A stretch of DNA of 35,695 nucleotides from a virus (IMGVR_UViG_3300020402_000116:1-35695), one strand, 5' to 3'; counted from the stretch's first letter, positions 23,673 through 34,137 are shown. The notes: generated from the sequence alone by a model not told the origin. Numbers and translations are program-made.

Positions 23673-25601
23673 TTACCTTCCCTTTATTGCGTTTAGTAAG
23701 TCTCGATAAGATTTCTCAATCTTTTTCTGAAACGCTAGTTTTTCTGCTGGTCTTTTCATACCTGCATGTTTTAAAACAGCCGCTCTTGCGATTGTATCTT
23801 TTACTTTCACTTTTTTACCATCTTCGAATTCTACATCAAATCGACCCTTTAAGTCAACTGATTTTCTTAGTTGCATTATAATATTTTTGTTTGCACCTTC
23901 TTCATCGTCTTGGTCCATATCGTATTTTGATTTACGACCTTCGTCTGTAACTTTACCAAGTTCTTTTTTCTTAAGGTCTTTAGCAACTAAACCTATTCTG
24001 TTCATTGCAAAATTCTTTTTAGAAAATTCTGGTTCATCAAACTTCATTTCTTTAACTTTTGTAAATTGTAATTTGTTTCCATATGAAGAATACTTAATGT
24101 CATCTCCAACTTTAAATTTGTTTCTAGGTTGTGACTCTTTAGATTGTGCATAAACTCTTGCTTTGTGAGATGGTTTACTTGGTTTATTTTTTCTATCGTA
24201 ATCATTTCTCATCTTTTGAGCTTGTCTTAAATTTTTGTTCATGCCAATAACTTTTTGTGCGTTATCACCTGGTCCAGCAGTTACTATAAAAAGTTCGCCA
24301 CCTTCTGGTTTAAATCTTTCATCTATTGTGTCTTCTCTTAATTTTTTAAAATTTTTTCTTAAATAATCTTTTGCTAGTCTTTCATCTGTTGATCTGTAAA
24401 CTTCTTTTTCATTTTTATCTAATACAACATAATTCATTTTGCCATTTTTTCTTTGCATAGAAACATATGGTTTGATACCTTCATCCATTTCAGACTTAGG
24501 TTTTTTACCAGCTTTTTTCATTGATATTGCAATCGCAGCTTGTTGAGCAGGATTAGCTGCCTCTGTCTTCAATGCTTTTTCTAAATCATCTGCTTGTTTA
24601 CCATGAGTTTTAGAACCACTTCTAAGGTTCTTAATTAAATCTTTTACAAAAGGTTCATCTTTTTTATCTAATGCTTCTTTTTGCTCTTCACCATCCTCGT
24701 CATCTTTTTTACCTTTAATTCTGTTTCTTAAATCTGCTTTGTAATCTGCAGGCATTACTCTTTCTACTGATTCTAAATCATCAGGTTTCTTCAATGCTTT
24801 TCTTAGAGCAACTTTTACTTTACCTGCTGACTCTGAGTCCATGTATATTGGTTTTGGTAAGAAAGAAAGTTTTACAGCAAACTTAGCTTCTTGTAATTCG
24901 TATTGTTCTTTAAACTTGACACCACGTTTTAAAACATCTTTTGTAACTTCTATCTCTTTGACACCATCTCTTTTTAATTGTTTCATCTTGTCATCTGCTG
25001 ATTTTTTATCTTTGTATGGTACAGCAAATCTTTTTTTGTTTTTAGGGTCTGTAAATCTTACAACAAAAACTTGACTTTCTTCTAACTCTGCCAGATCGTT
25101 TAGGTCATTAGCCATCTTCTTTGCTTTGTCTTTGTCGTTCATAACTCGACTAGCCTTTGACTTCAACTTATCCATCTTAACCAATGTTTTAATTTTTTCT
25201 TGTGGTGTCTTAGCTTTTATCAACTGTTCTATCACATATTCTAACTCTTCCATTAACTTATCATGATTTGCTTTAGCATATGCTACTGCATCATCTTTTT
25301 TATCAAATAGTTTTACTTCATTTCCATCTTTGTCAAATACACAAAACTTGTCTGGGTTCTTTTTACTTCTAGCGACATGTTTAGCAGGGTCCATGTCTTT
25401 ATCTTCTTTTTTTGCTTTATCTTTATCGTCTAGATATGCAGCTACTGCCATCTTTTGAATTTTTTTGTCTGATTTTCCCTTGAATTGTGGAGCATCTGAT
25501 TTTCTGAAATCGTCAATGTATGCACCTGCACCATCAGAAGGTTTTAACTTCTCGTACATTTTTCTATATGCGTCTGCAAAATTTGATCTATTTTGTGTCA
25601 T
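23673..25601 (-). CDS. Lys/Glu-rich modular (polyprotein-like) protein, candidate internal head protein
   Basis: About ten 30-90 aa modules bounded by x-x-E sites. Late promoter upstream. Confidence 0.7.
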   Translation of the reverse strand: MTQNRSNFADAYRKMYEKLKPSDGAGAYIDDFRKSDAPQFKGKSDKKIQKMAVAAYLDDKDKAKKEDKDMDPAKHVARSKKNPDKFCVFDKDGNEVKLFDKKDDAVAYAKANHDKLMEELEYVIEQLIKAKTPQEKIKTLVKMDKLKSKASRVMNDKDKAKKMANDLNDLAELEESQVFVVRFTDPKNKKRFAVPYKDKKSADDKMKQLKRDGVKEIEVTKDVLKRGVKFKEQYELQEAKFAVKLSFLPKPIYMDSESAGKVKVALRKALKKPDDLESVERVMPADYKADLRNRIKGKKDDEDGEEQKEALDKKDEPFVKDLIKNLRSGSKTHGKQADDLEKALKTEAANPAQQAAIAISMKKAGKKPKSEMDEGIKPYVSMQRKNGKMNYVVLDKNEKEVYRSTDERLAKDYLRKNFKKLREDTIDERFKPEGGELFIVTAGPGDNAQKVIGMNKNLRQAQKMRNDYDRKNKPSKPSHKARVYAQSKESQPRNKFKVGDDIKYSSYGNKLQFTKVKEMKFDEPEFSKKNFAMNRIGLVAKDLKKKELGKVTDEGRKSKYDMDQDDEEGANKNIIMQLRKSVDLKGRFDVEFEDGKKVKVKDTIARAAVLKHAGMKRPAEKLAFQKKIEKSYRDLLNAIKGR

Positions 25602-25619
25602 TTTAGTTTCCTATTCTTG

Positions 25620-25627
25620 TATTTATA
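25620..25627 (-). promoter_or_regulatory. T4 late promoter TATAAATA
   Basis: Exact consensus in an intergenic gap. Confidence 0.8.
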
Positions 25628-25631
25628 AGTA

Positions 25632-28600
25632 TTATGCCCCTACATGTGACTCACTTGAGCCCAAATCTACGTTGTTAGCAGTACTACTTCCTATTGGTTC
25701 CATACAGTCAAATACTGACCCTACCGCAGACCCAAACGCATCTGTAGCAGTTGTATCAAAAGGTGTTTCTGCACTACCAGCATTATTAGTTTTTGATAAG
25801 TCAAAATCAACAGCACCTGGTGTTGTTGTAATTGTTGATGAAGAAAAACCAGAGCTACCTGCGTCTGCAAAACTAAAAGTACCAGAACCATCGGTTACAA
25901 GTGCTTGTCCATCTGAACCATCTGCTGTTGGGAAGTTAAATGTTGTTCCACCAGATTTAATAATTAGTTTAGAACCATCTGATTTAATTGACTCATTAGT
26001 GTCAACAAACTGCACCTCTTTATTGCTAGCCATAATAATTTTTTCAGTAAATGAAGCTGAACCATCTGTTGCAATAGATAGTAAATTAGTTGAACCAACT
26101 CCATAATTATTTGATAATACAAACGCATCGCTTGAAGAGTTATCAATACCTAATGAATATTGTTCTCCACCATCAACTTTAAAATGTAAATAAGGATCAC
26201 CACCACTTGTTCCACCTGAATATATTGATATCACACCATGAGAACCAGCTGTGTCTGATGTATTGTTTACTTCAAATCTTACTGGGCTACCACTAGTTGA
26301 TTTTTTTACGTGTAAATCTCTTGATGGTGCGTTTGTTCCAATACCAACTTTACCTCCCTCAGACATGTCCATTCTCATGACTTCAATAGTTGAACCACCA
26401 TCGTTACCTGTAAATATAATATCCTTGTCAGACGTTGTTTGATTAATACTAAGACTGCCTGAATTACTTGTTAATGTACCATATGTTGTACTACCACCTG
26501 CTTTAAGTGTTGTGCCACCACTTCCACTATCTAAAGTGATACCATTTGCTGTATCGATACCTAATGAGTTTGAAGAAACGATATTTAAATTTGTACCATC
26601 ACCTGTTATAGTCTCACCTGCATCACCTAATACAAGTGATTCGTTAGCGCCTAAAGTAACTCCATCAGCAGTTAATACACCAGTTACAGTTGCACCTGCT
26701 GATGTTGTTTCAAATTTTTTACTATTATTGTGATATAAGTCCACAGAACCACTTAGAGTTGCTGTTAAATATGTACTACTATCACTTAATAATTTAATTG
26801 AAGTTGACCTTAATCTTAAATCACCTGTCGCTCTATCTCTTATATGAGAGTGTTGTCCGTCATGGTAAACTTCTAAATCACCTGTTTCTCCATCGGTAGC
26901 AGCACCAAGTAATATCTTACCAGTAGTAGCACCAGCGTCTTGTGCAATCATTATATTATTATTAAATGTTGCATTACCCGCTGCTGACATGTCAAGAGTT
27001 AATGCTGTAATAGTTGAACCACCATCATCACCTTTGAATATAATATCTTTATCTTGTACATCACTTTCTATTACAAAATCACTTGAAGAATTACTTAATT
27101 TACCAACAACGGTATCACCACTCATTAATTGAAGAATACCATCGTGTGTTGCTCTTAATACTCTTGCTGTTGTGCCTGAACTATTTGTAGTATGAATATC
27201 AAAGTTAGCAGCTGGTGAACCAGATGAATTTTTTGCTTTTAATTCTGCGTTAGGAGCATTAAAACCAAATGATGCTTCATCATTACCTATTGACGGAGCA
27301 CCTGTAACGTCTAATGCACCAGTTACGGTTGCACCTGTTGATGTTGTTGTAAATTTAACAGAATTTGCATGTCTTAAATTAACACCACTTGAAGCAAACG
27401 TTGCCGCAACATGACTGTTTGATATATCAATAATTCTTGTAAAACTTGATCTAATTTTTAGATCACCTGTACCAGCATCATCAATAAAACTATCACTACC
27501 ATCATGATAAAGTTGTAAATCATTACCAGCACCTATGTTAACTTTATTACTATCTCCTATACTAATATTACCAAATACAACGTTACCAGCAGAACCACTA
27601 AACACCTCTGAGGAATTACTAGCATCAGCAATAAATGTAAACGCACTAGCGCTATCATCATATCCAAAGAAACCAACTTTAGCAGCTGAACCTGTGTGAT
27701 ATCTAAATTCTATACCTCTGTCTTTGTTGTCATCTGAACTTGGTGCAGAGTCACCACCTAATGTAAAGATAGGGTCATCTATTGTAACAGTTGTACTGTT
27801 TACTGTTGTTGTTGTTCCGTTAACTGTTAAGTCACCTGTTACTGCCACGTTTTGACCAAACGTTGCGCCACCTGAACTATCAAAACTTACACCAACAGCT
27901 GATGATGAACCTGTTCTTATTTGTAACTGACCACCATTATTAACAAAACGAGCAAATTCAGTTCCACTATCTAACAAATCAATTCTATTTTCTGCGGCGT
28001 CTAAAATAATTCTACTAGCGGCATCTATTTTAACAATATTACCTGTGATAGTCATATCTGTGCCATCACCTGATATACTTTCACCCGCATCTCCGAACTC
28101 TATTGCTTTATTAGCACCTAAAATAATCTTATCATTAAACGTAGCAGCACCTGCCTCTGACATATCTAAAGTTAATGCTGTAATAAATGAACCACCATCA
28201 TTACCTCTAAATAACATATCATTATCTGATATTTGAGAAGTAAATCTAATACCTGAACTATTAGATAATGACATATATAATGACCCACCATCCATGAATT
28301 TAATTGATTGGTCACCATCAAGTATTATATCGTTACCAGCGTCTATTGTAAAGTCAGCACTATCAGATATTGTGCTTCCGTCTATTGTGATATCGTCAAC
28401 TGTTAAAGATGTTAATGTTCCTAATGAAGTGATATTTGTTTGTGCAGCTGTTGTTAAAGTTATGTCTGCAACATATGTTTTAATTCTAGATGCAGCCATC
28501 TTTCTGTTTGTTCCACCTGCACCATCATCTACAATAAATAAATCTGCATCTGCAAGAGCAGCACCAATATCTGTTGCACCATCAAGGTCTAATGCCGTAA

Positions 28601-28940
28601 TCGCTGTTCCACCTGTGCCACTTACGTATGTTTTTATTTGTGATGCTGTAATTCTTTTCTCTGTACCACCATCTGAAATTGCAAATACATCACCATCTGC
28701 AAGAGTGATACTTGTACCATCAGTCATTCCATCAATATTGAAGACTGCTTCTACATTTCCAAACTCTAACGCACTAGCACCAGAATTTACTTTTAATACC
28801 TGACCTGCTGAACCAATAGATAAAGAGGCACCTAGACCTCCTGCTGATAATGCTATAAACTCGCCTGACTGAAATTCAGCTAGACCTGTTGCATTATTAC
28901 TGCCATCGAATACTACTCTTAAAGGTGTTTTTGCGCTCAT
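25632..28940 (-). CDS. Long tail fibre protein
   Basis: 1102 aa, G/S/T/D-rich. GQVLKV, VTGDLTVNGTTTTVNS, KVGIGT..P, PTADG..GQAL.TDGSG fibre motifs and internal repeats. Confidence 0.88.
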   Translation of the reverse strand: MSAKTPLRVVFDGSNNATGLAEFQSGEFIALSAGGLGASLSIGSAGQVLKVNSGASALEFGNVEAVFNIDGMTDGTSITLADGDVFAISDGGTEKRITASQIKTYVSGTGGTAITALDLDGATDIGAALADADLFIVDDGAGGTNRKMAASRIKTYVADITLTTAAQTNITSLGTLTSLTVDDITIDGSTISDSADFTIDAGNDIILDGDQSIKFMDGGSLYMSLSNSSGIRFTSQISDNDMLFRGNDGGSFITALTLDMSEAGAATFNDKIILGANKAIEFGDAGESISGDGTDMTITGNIVKIDAASRIILDAAENRIDLLDSGTEFARFVNNGGQLQIRTGSSSAVGVSFDSSGGATFGQNVAVTGDLTVNGTTTTVNSTTVTIDDPIFTLGGDSAPSSDDNKDRGIEFRYHTGSAAKVGFFGYDDSASAFTFIADASNSSEVFSGSAGNVVFGNISIGDSNKVNIGAGNDLQLYHDGSDSFIDDAGTGDLKIRSSFTRIIDISNSHVAATFASSGVNLRHANSVKFTTTSTGATVTGALDVTGAPSIGNDEASFGFNAPNAELKAKNSSGSPAANFDIHTTNSSGTTARVLRATHDGILQLMSGDTVVGKLSNSSSDFVIESDVQDKDIIFKGDDGGSTITALTLDMSAAGNATFNNNIMIAQDAGATTGKILLGAATDGETGDLEVYHDGQHSHIRDRATGDLRLRSTSIKLLSDSSTYLTATLSGSVDLYHNNSKKFETTSAGATVTGVLTADGVTLGANESLVLGDAGETITGDGTNLNIVSSNSLGIDTANGITLDSGSGGTTLKAGGSTTYGTLTSNSGSLSINQTTSDKDIIFTGNDGGSTIEVMRMDMSEGGKVGIGTNAPSRDLHVKKSTSGSPVRFEVNNTSDTAGSHGVISIYSGGTSGGDPYLHFKVDGGEQYSLGIDNSSSDAFVLSNNYGVGSTNLLSIATDGSASFTEKIIMASNKEVQFVDTNESIKSDGSKLIIKSGGTTFNFPTADGSDGQALVTDGSGTFSFADAGSSGFSSSTITTTPGAVDFDLSKTNNAGSAETPFDTTATDAFGSAVGSVFDCMEPIGSSTANNVDLGSSESHVGA

Positions 28941-28945
28941 ATCTT

Positions 28946-28953
28946 TATTTATC
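28946..28953 (-). promoter_or_regulatory. T4-type late promoter candidate (GATAAATA)
   Basis: NATAAATA 5 nt before the fibre ATG. Confidence 0.5.
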
Positions 28954-28954
28954 C

Positions 28955-29650
28955 TTAGAACTCAAACAATTGAGTTGATTGTGTTGATGATAAACTACTC
29001 CCATTTGCAAAAGTTAAATCTGTAAAAGCAATGTTTCTAGAACCTGATGCCTTAAATAAAAAAGTTGTGGCTGCGGTTGATAATCCACCTGCGGCTGTAA
29101 ATAAATCTACTTTTCTAACTACCACACCCTCATCATTTGCAACTGCTATTTTTGATGTACCTGCTTTAGAATTTTCTGGTAAAGTAACGCCTGCAGCAGA
29201 AATAGAGATTGAACCAGTTCCATCTGAACTAAGAGTTGCCCCACCTAGGTTAATTGTTTGACCAGAAAGAAATAAATCTGAAAATCTTTTACTTGCACTA
29301 CCTAAACTTCTAGTGTTATTTGCATCTGGTATAATATCTTGATCTACTGCTGATAAATCAACAGAACCACCACCACTAATAGTAATTGTTTTAGTTGCAC
29401 CTGTACCACTGGCAGTAACACCAGAGCCAACAAAGTTTAGTGTAGTTGCAGCTGTTGATAATGATGAACCCTCATCTTGTACTGTTAAAGTACTACCTCC
29501 ACCACCACCAGAACTAGATACAGAGTGTATAGTGTCACCTATACGTATATGTAGTGTATTGGCGCTAGTGTTATGTGCAATTTCACCGTTCTCTAAATCT
29601 GAGGTTGTTGGTGTTCCAGCGACTTGTTTTAATTTAATCTTTAATGCCAT
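28955..29650 (-). CDS. Tail-fibre-associated structural protein
   Basis: IKLK...P...L..GEIA.N fibre head motif, LTVQDEG...LNFVG.GV, IIPDANNTRSLGS...RF. Confidence 0.75.
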   Translation of the reverse strand: MALKIKLKQVAGTPTTSDLENGEIAHNTSANTLHIRIGDTIHSVSSSGGGGGSTLTVQDEGSSLSTAATTLNFVGSGVTASGTGATKTITISGGGSVDLSAVDQDIIPDANNTRSLGSASKRFSDLFLSGQTINLGGATLSSDGTGSISISAAGVTLPENSKAGTSKIAVANDEGVVVRKVDLFTAAGGLSTAATTFLFKASGSRNIAFTDLTFANGSSLSSTQSTQLFEF

Positions 29651-30450
29651 TAATTACCATCCACTTGATCTGTAAATTCTAGTTTACCTGAAGAGGAATT
29701 AAATACTAAAAATTTTCCATTACCAAGTGATGATGTATCAACATCGTCCAAGTCTTGCAGTCTTACTGCTCCACCGCCTCCAATCGTTGACATTTGTTGT
29801 TGTACCAATTGTCTGAAACGATTAAACTCTTCTTTTAATTGTGTTAATTCGTTTATATCTTTTTGCTCAGGCATATACTTGTTCATTTTCTGAGCTAGTT
29901 GTCTTTGATTTAAAGTTTCTTCAAATTTATCTAATCTACCAAAGAAAGTTTTTAACACATCAATTCTTTGTGCATTATCTTGTTCAGTTATTATCTGTGG
30001 TTGAACAACTTCCTCTTTCTGCATTTCTTTAGTTTTCTTTTTCATCTTTTCGATATATTTTCTAAAGACAGCAGCCTCAGCTGTTTTACCCATTACTCTT
30101 GCTCTTTGTTCCATTGCAATAGCAGCTTGTATTTTATGTGCATGTGTTTTACCAGAGTTGATAATTTTTTTAACACTTGCTCTTGCTGTTTCTACATCTT
30201 TAAATCCTAGACCGTGTATTGTTCCTTTAGGATTTTCATCTGTATATAAATCAGAATGTTTATCAGAACCTGCAGGTTGTCCTTTTTTTCTAGGTATTCT
30301 AGGTGCTTCAGAAATCATGGTAAAGAAGTCAGCTAAAGATGCACTTGTATTAATTCTGGGTGCAAACCTTTTCTGTCTTTCTTCTTTTATCTCTTGTACC
30401 TTAATCTTCTCAGCAGATACAAGCTTCATGAAATCTGTTAGTTCTTGCAT
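29650..30450 (-). CDS. Modular hypothetical protein (inserted basic HSDLYTDENPKGTI domain, C-terminal GGG-LxDLDDVD structural motif)
   Basis: Basic domain bracketed by ISE and KEE sites. Fibre-type C-terminus. Confidence 0.65.
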   Translation of the reverse strand: MQELTDFMKLVSAEKIKVQEIKEERQKRFAPRINTSASLADFFTMISEAPRIPRKKGQPAGSDKHSDLYTDENPKGTIHGLGFKDVETARASVKKIINSGKTHAHKIQAAIAMEQRARVMGKTAEAAVFRKYIEKMKKKTKEMQKEEVVQPQIITEQDNAQRIDVLKTFFGRLDKFEETLNQRQLAQKMNKYMPEQKDINELTQLKEEFNRFRQLVQQQMSTIGGGGAVRLQDLDDVDTSSLGNGKFLVFNSSSGKLEFTDQVDGN

Positions 30451-30451
30451 C

Positions 30452-32506
30452 TTAACCTTTCTTTAACGATGTAACAGTTCTTCCTTTTTCCCAAAACTTA
30501 CAAGACCAATATCTTGCTTTATATTTTGGACCTGGGTTATCACAATTATGTCTTGCTCTAAAGCTCTTTCTTCTAGCAGGGTCGTCTCGCTTGATTTCCA
30601 TGTTAGGATCACCAAACTCTACTTTGACAACATTACCTTTATCATTTTTAACATATACTTTAGATTTCTTAACATCACCTTTCATAGGTTTATTAAGTGT
30701 AACTTTTCTACCTTGATACTCAGCAGCTTCTTCTATCTCACCCCAAAAGTTTTGTTCTTTAAATACTTTCCAAGATGTCATAGGTTTTTTATCTTCTTTA
30801 CAGTCTTCACAACATACACCAATCTTTTCTAACATAAGATCATGTGTTTCATTAAGTTTCCACCACCAATCTTCGCCATACTTGTATTGATATGAACCTC
30901 TTGTTTCTGTTGACTCAAACCATTGTTGTACTGTTTCCTCACTAGCGTTTTTTGCTCTTTGCATTTGTGCTGGTGTAGGTGCGCCTTTGTCACCTTTCTT
31001 TCTCATCTTCTCACCAGAACCTTGTTTGATTCTTTGTCTTTTCTTATGGATGTTTGCCCATAAACTTTCATCTTGACCTGGTGTGTCTTTTTTATATTTC
31101 TTAGTCAGTTCATCACTAGGATATTCCATAGCTTCTTTTTTAGAACCTCTTGCTTTTGCAGCTAAGTCTTTATCTGCGCCACCCCATGTTCCTTTTGATT
31201 TTGTAACAAAAGAATTAACTCTAGCCATTGCCCATTGTTGTGGTGTAGTACCTGGTCTATGGCCTGTTCGCCAGGCAGCCATTCCTCTGTTATAAACTTG
31301 TTTTAAGATTGAATAGGCGATACCTGACTTATCTGCCTTTTTTACAAGACCTGCAATCTTTTCATCTAGGACTTGATTTAATGTCTTAGGCATATTTTCT
31401 CCAAACATTTTTTTATATTTTTGAGTATGTTTACTCGGTTTAGTTTTTGCACCCTTATCGCCTGGTGCTGGTTTGTATGCAGCTGGATTATCGTCATCCA
31501 TTTTTGCACCTTTTCTAAAGTGTGCAGCTCTGTCATCTTTTGTTTTCTTTTTCACGCCAGAATAATATTTTGCAGGTTGTGTACCTGGTTCGTCTTTCAC
31601 ATCTTTATCTTGTTTCACTCTATCTAATTTAGAAGCTCTTAAATTTAAATCGGCTGTTGGTCTATATAAACCATATCCTTGAGCTCTTCCACCATGTGCA
31701 TATTCTTTTATATCATGTAACCATACTCTATGAATTTTATTATTTACTTCCATTGATACATAGTTTGTACCTCTTTGAACAATAGGACCTCTCATATCTT
31801 TTGCTTCTATGATATCACCTATTTTCCAAATTTTACCTATTAGATATGCATCTCTTTTTGATTCATAATCATTCATGACACCCATATCTTTTTCTTCTCT
31901 AATACCCATGTTCTTTCTAACATCTCTATATAAAGACTTACCATCTTTAAATCCTCTTGGCAAACCTTTCATAAATTCATCCATGTTACCATCAGATGCA
32001 GCTTTTCTCATCTTACTTGCTGACATACCTGATACACCTTCAGCATCTGGGTCTCTATCTCCAGCAGATACAACTTTGATATTGTCAAACTTGTACATAC
32101 CATGTCTTGCTTTTACACCATTATATTTTTTTAATAGTGTTTCAAATTCTTTTACTCTGTCAGAACCTACAACCATAGTTACATCTTTGTAACCAGCGTT
32201 ATGTAAAGACGTTGCAACATCAATAGCAGTTTTAGGATTTTTATCTACGGCAATGCTTCTCTTATGTTTAGGAAACATCTTTCTCATATATGCTATTTTT
32301 TTAGCATATGGAAGAGGGTCTTTGTTTTGATTTTGTGATTGTGATGGATATATACGATAGTCATCGCTACCAGCAACTGATTTAACTTTGTCAATTAGTT
32401 TTTCGTGACCAGTTGTTGGTGGATTGAAACGACCAAACGTAAAGACAACTTTCTTCTCTACAAGAGGTACTTCAAATAAACTAAATTTTTTAATTTCTTT
32501 CTTCAC
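30452..32506 (-). CDS. Cytidylyltransferase-like (HxGH nucleotidyltransferase) domain fused to several small basic modules
   Basis: FTFGRFNPPTTGHEKL, VVGSDR, SASKMR. Downstream modules VYNRGMAAW...WAMARVNSF (DUF5824-like), LWANIHKKR, and FGDPNM...RRKSFRARHNC...YWSC. Confidence 0.85.
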   Translation of the reverse strand: MKKEIKKFSLFEVPLVEKKVVFTFGRFNPPTTGHEKLIDKVKSVAGSDDYRIYPSQSQNQNKDPLPYAKKIAYMRKMFPKHKRSIAVDKNPKTAIDVATSLHNAGYKDVTMVVGSDRVKEFETLLKKYNGVKARHGMYKFDNIKVVSAGDRDPDAEGVSGMSASKMRKAASDGNMDEFMKGLPRGFKDGKSLYRDVRKNMGIREEKDMGVMNDYESKRDAYLIGKIWKIGDIIEAKDMRGPIVQRGTNYVSMEVNNKIHRVWLHDIKEYAHGGRAQGYGLYRPTADLNLRASKLDRVKQDKDVKDEPGTQPAKYYSGVKKKTKDDRAAHFRKGAKMDDDNPAAYKPAPGDKGAKTKPSKHTQKYKKMFGENMPKTLNQVLDEKIAGLVKKADKSGIAYSILKQVYNRGMAAWRTGHRPGTTPQQWAMARVNSFVTKSKGTWGGADKDLAAKARGSKKEAMEYPSDELTKKYKKDTPGQDESLWANIHKKRQRIKQGSGEKMRKKGDKGAPTPAQMQRAKNASEETVQQWFESTETRGSYQYKYGEDWWWKLNETHDLMLEKIGVCCEDCKEDKKPMTSWKVFKEQNFWGEIEEAAEYQGRKVTLNKPMKGDVKKSKVYVKNDKGNVVKVEFGDPNMEIKRDDPARRKSFRARHNCDNPGPKYKARYWSCKFWEKGRTVTSLKKG

Positions 32507-32900
32507 TTTGTTTCGCCTGTCTTGCAGCTCTGGCTTTCTTAACTTTATCCATCTCTGCTTTTTTAACTTTGATTTTCATACGACCCGCAATTTTATTGAT
32601 AGCCGCACCATACTTTGCTTGTATTTGTTGGTCTATTCTAACTTTCATTTGTGGGGATAATTGATCGTAGTTTTTGTAAAACTTCTTAACTATAAGTTTT
32701 TTAGCAGCCTTTCTTGCTTTGACTGCTTGTTTTTCTGGCGAAGCAATTTTAAGTAGTGATCTTTCTTTTTTCTTTTTGAATGCTGAAGACTTTGCCAAAC
32801 GTGCCATACGTCTAGCTATCTTACGTCTTTGTGCTACGTTAATAACACGTAACTCATCAAGACCCATATCTTTATTAAATTGTTCTATTGTTTTTGACAT
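32490..32900 (-). CDS. Highly basic protein, candidate prohead-core/internal protein
   Basis: Short leader ending LDE, then K/R/A-rich helices (QRRKIARRMAR). Confidence 0.65.
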   Translation of the reverse strand: MSKTIEQFNKDMGLDELRVINVAQRRKIARRMARLAKSSAFKKKKERSLLKIASPEKQAVKARKAAKKLIVKKFYKNYDQLSPQMKVRIDQQIQAKYGAAINKIAGRMKIKVKKAEMDKVKKARAARQAKQSEERN

Positions 32901-32904
32901 CTTA

Positions 32905-34137
32905 TCATTTATCCCATGTTTTAATCGCCGTGAAGTTATTAAATGAGAACTCCATTCGGTCGACTAATTTAACAGCATTGCCTGATACTCTGTCTATCGC
33001 TACATACCCCTCTGGGTTAACCACTTTATATCCATTATTAGTACGAATAAACGTATTAGTCAACTGCCTTACACTATTTAGTTTTTTGACGATCTGCATT
33101 TTTGCGTCAATCAATAAGTTTTGAAACCTGACAACTTGTTCTAAATTACGTACATGTTTCTTAATTTCTCTAGTGTATTCCTTTTGTATATTCTGATACT
33201 TCGCTTTTCCTTTAGGAGTCTTTAATTTATCCACTTGCAATTGTAGTTTATCAGATACAAATTTCTCATATTCTCTTGCGTATTTACTAGGATTTTTAAT
33301 AGTTTCGCCTGCTCTTACTTTACTATTATAATATGTTTTATATGATGCACCAGATAACTGACCTGTCATTGATGCTTGTAAATTCAAAAACTTTTTTAAC
33401 ATAGGTGCGTTAATTCTTTGAAATGTTTTACCTGTTTCAGATAGTATTTTTGTAACTGCGTCTGTTTCTGATTTATTAAATGTTGCTTTACCAGACACAT
33501 CTTTGTATGACGCATCATCCATCCAAACAGATGATGTTTTTGTAAGTTTGTTTATATCTGCACCAAAGGATGCTTTCATACTCGGTAAGTCTTTACCAGA
33601 ATATGTTGTATGCCAAACTACTCCAATCTTTGCTTTGTTTATTGTCTTTGCAAAGTCAGAATCACTAGGAACAGCATAAACAATAGTGTTGGGTTGAAAT
33701 GTAATATATGAAACACCATCGATCTTAGTTTTTCCAAGATCATTTGTGAACATGAGGTCACCTTGAAGTACACCTTTAATATTAAGTTTTGAAAACTCTT
33801 TGAGAGCGATCTTAAACTTTGAATTAAGTTGACCAGATAAATCATCGTCAATCTCCTTATCAGTTTTATATAATTTTGGATTTACGTTAAATACAGACTT
33901 CTTCGCAACAAAGAACTTACCATCACTAGGGTCAGTACCTGCAAAGATAGCTGGAGCTCCATCCCACTTAACAGTCATATTAACAGATGATCTACTTGCA
34001 CCTGCTAACATATCTCTTAAACTTCTTAAAAAATTTATAGCTGCTCTTCCACCTGGTACGCCATGATTAATAATCTCATCTTCAATATGTTCCATGTGAA
34101 GATTTTTACCAGCTTGTTCTTGTATAAAACTAAGCAT
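32905..34137 (-). CDS. DUF6267-like protein with nucleic-acid-ligase-type nucleotidyltransferase motifs
   Basis: HMEHIED, TVKWDGAP (KxDG motif I), LQGDLMF, PEGYV, VKLVDR. Confidence 0.75.
   Translation of the reverse strand: MLSFIQEQAGKNLHMEHIEDEIINHGVPGGRAAINFLRSLRDMLAGASRSSVNMTVKWDGAPAIFAGTDPSDGKFFVAKKSVFNVNPKLYKTDKEIDDDLSGQLNSKFKIALKEFSKLNIKGVLQGDLMFTNDLGKTKIDGVSYITFQPNTIVYAVPSDSDFAKTINKAKIGVVWHTTYSGKDLPSMKASFGADINKLTKTSSVWMDDASYKDVSGKATFNKSETDAVTKILSETGKTFQRINAPMLKKFLNLQASMTGQLSGASYKTYYNSKVRAGETIKNPSKYAREYEKFVSDKLQLQVDKLKTPKGKAKYQNIQKEYTREIKKHVRNLEQVVRFQNLLIDAKMQIVKKLNSVRQLTNTFIRTNNGYKVVNPEGYVAIDRVSGNAVKLVDRMEFSFNNFTAIKTWDK

Noticed and set aside
32490-32900. T4 gp68 prohead core assignment
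   Set aside because: Only compositional resemblance, and no portal, protease or capsid genes nearby.
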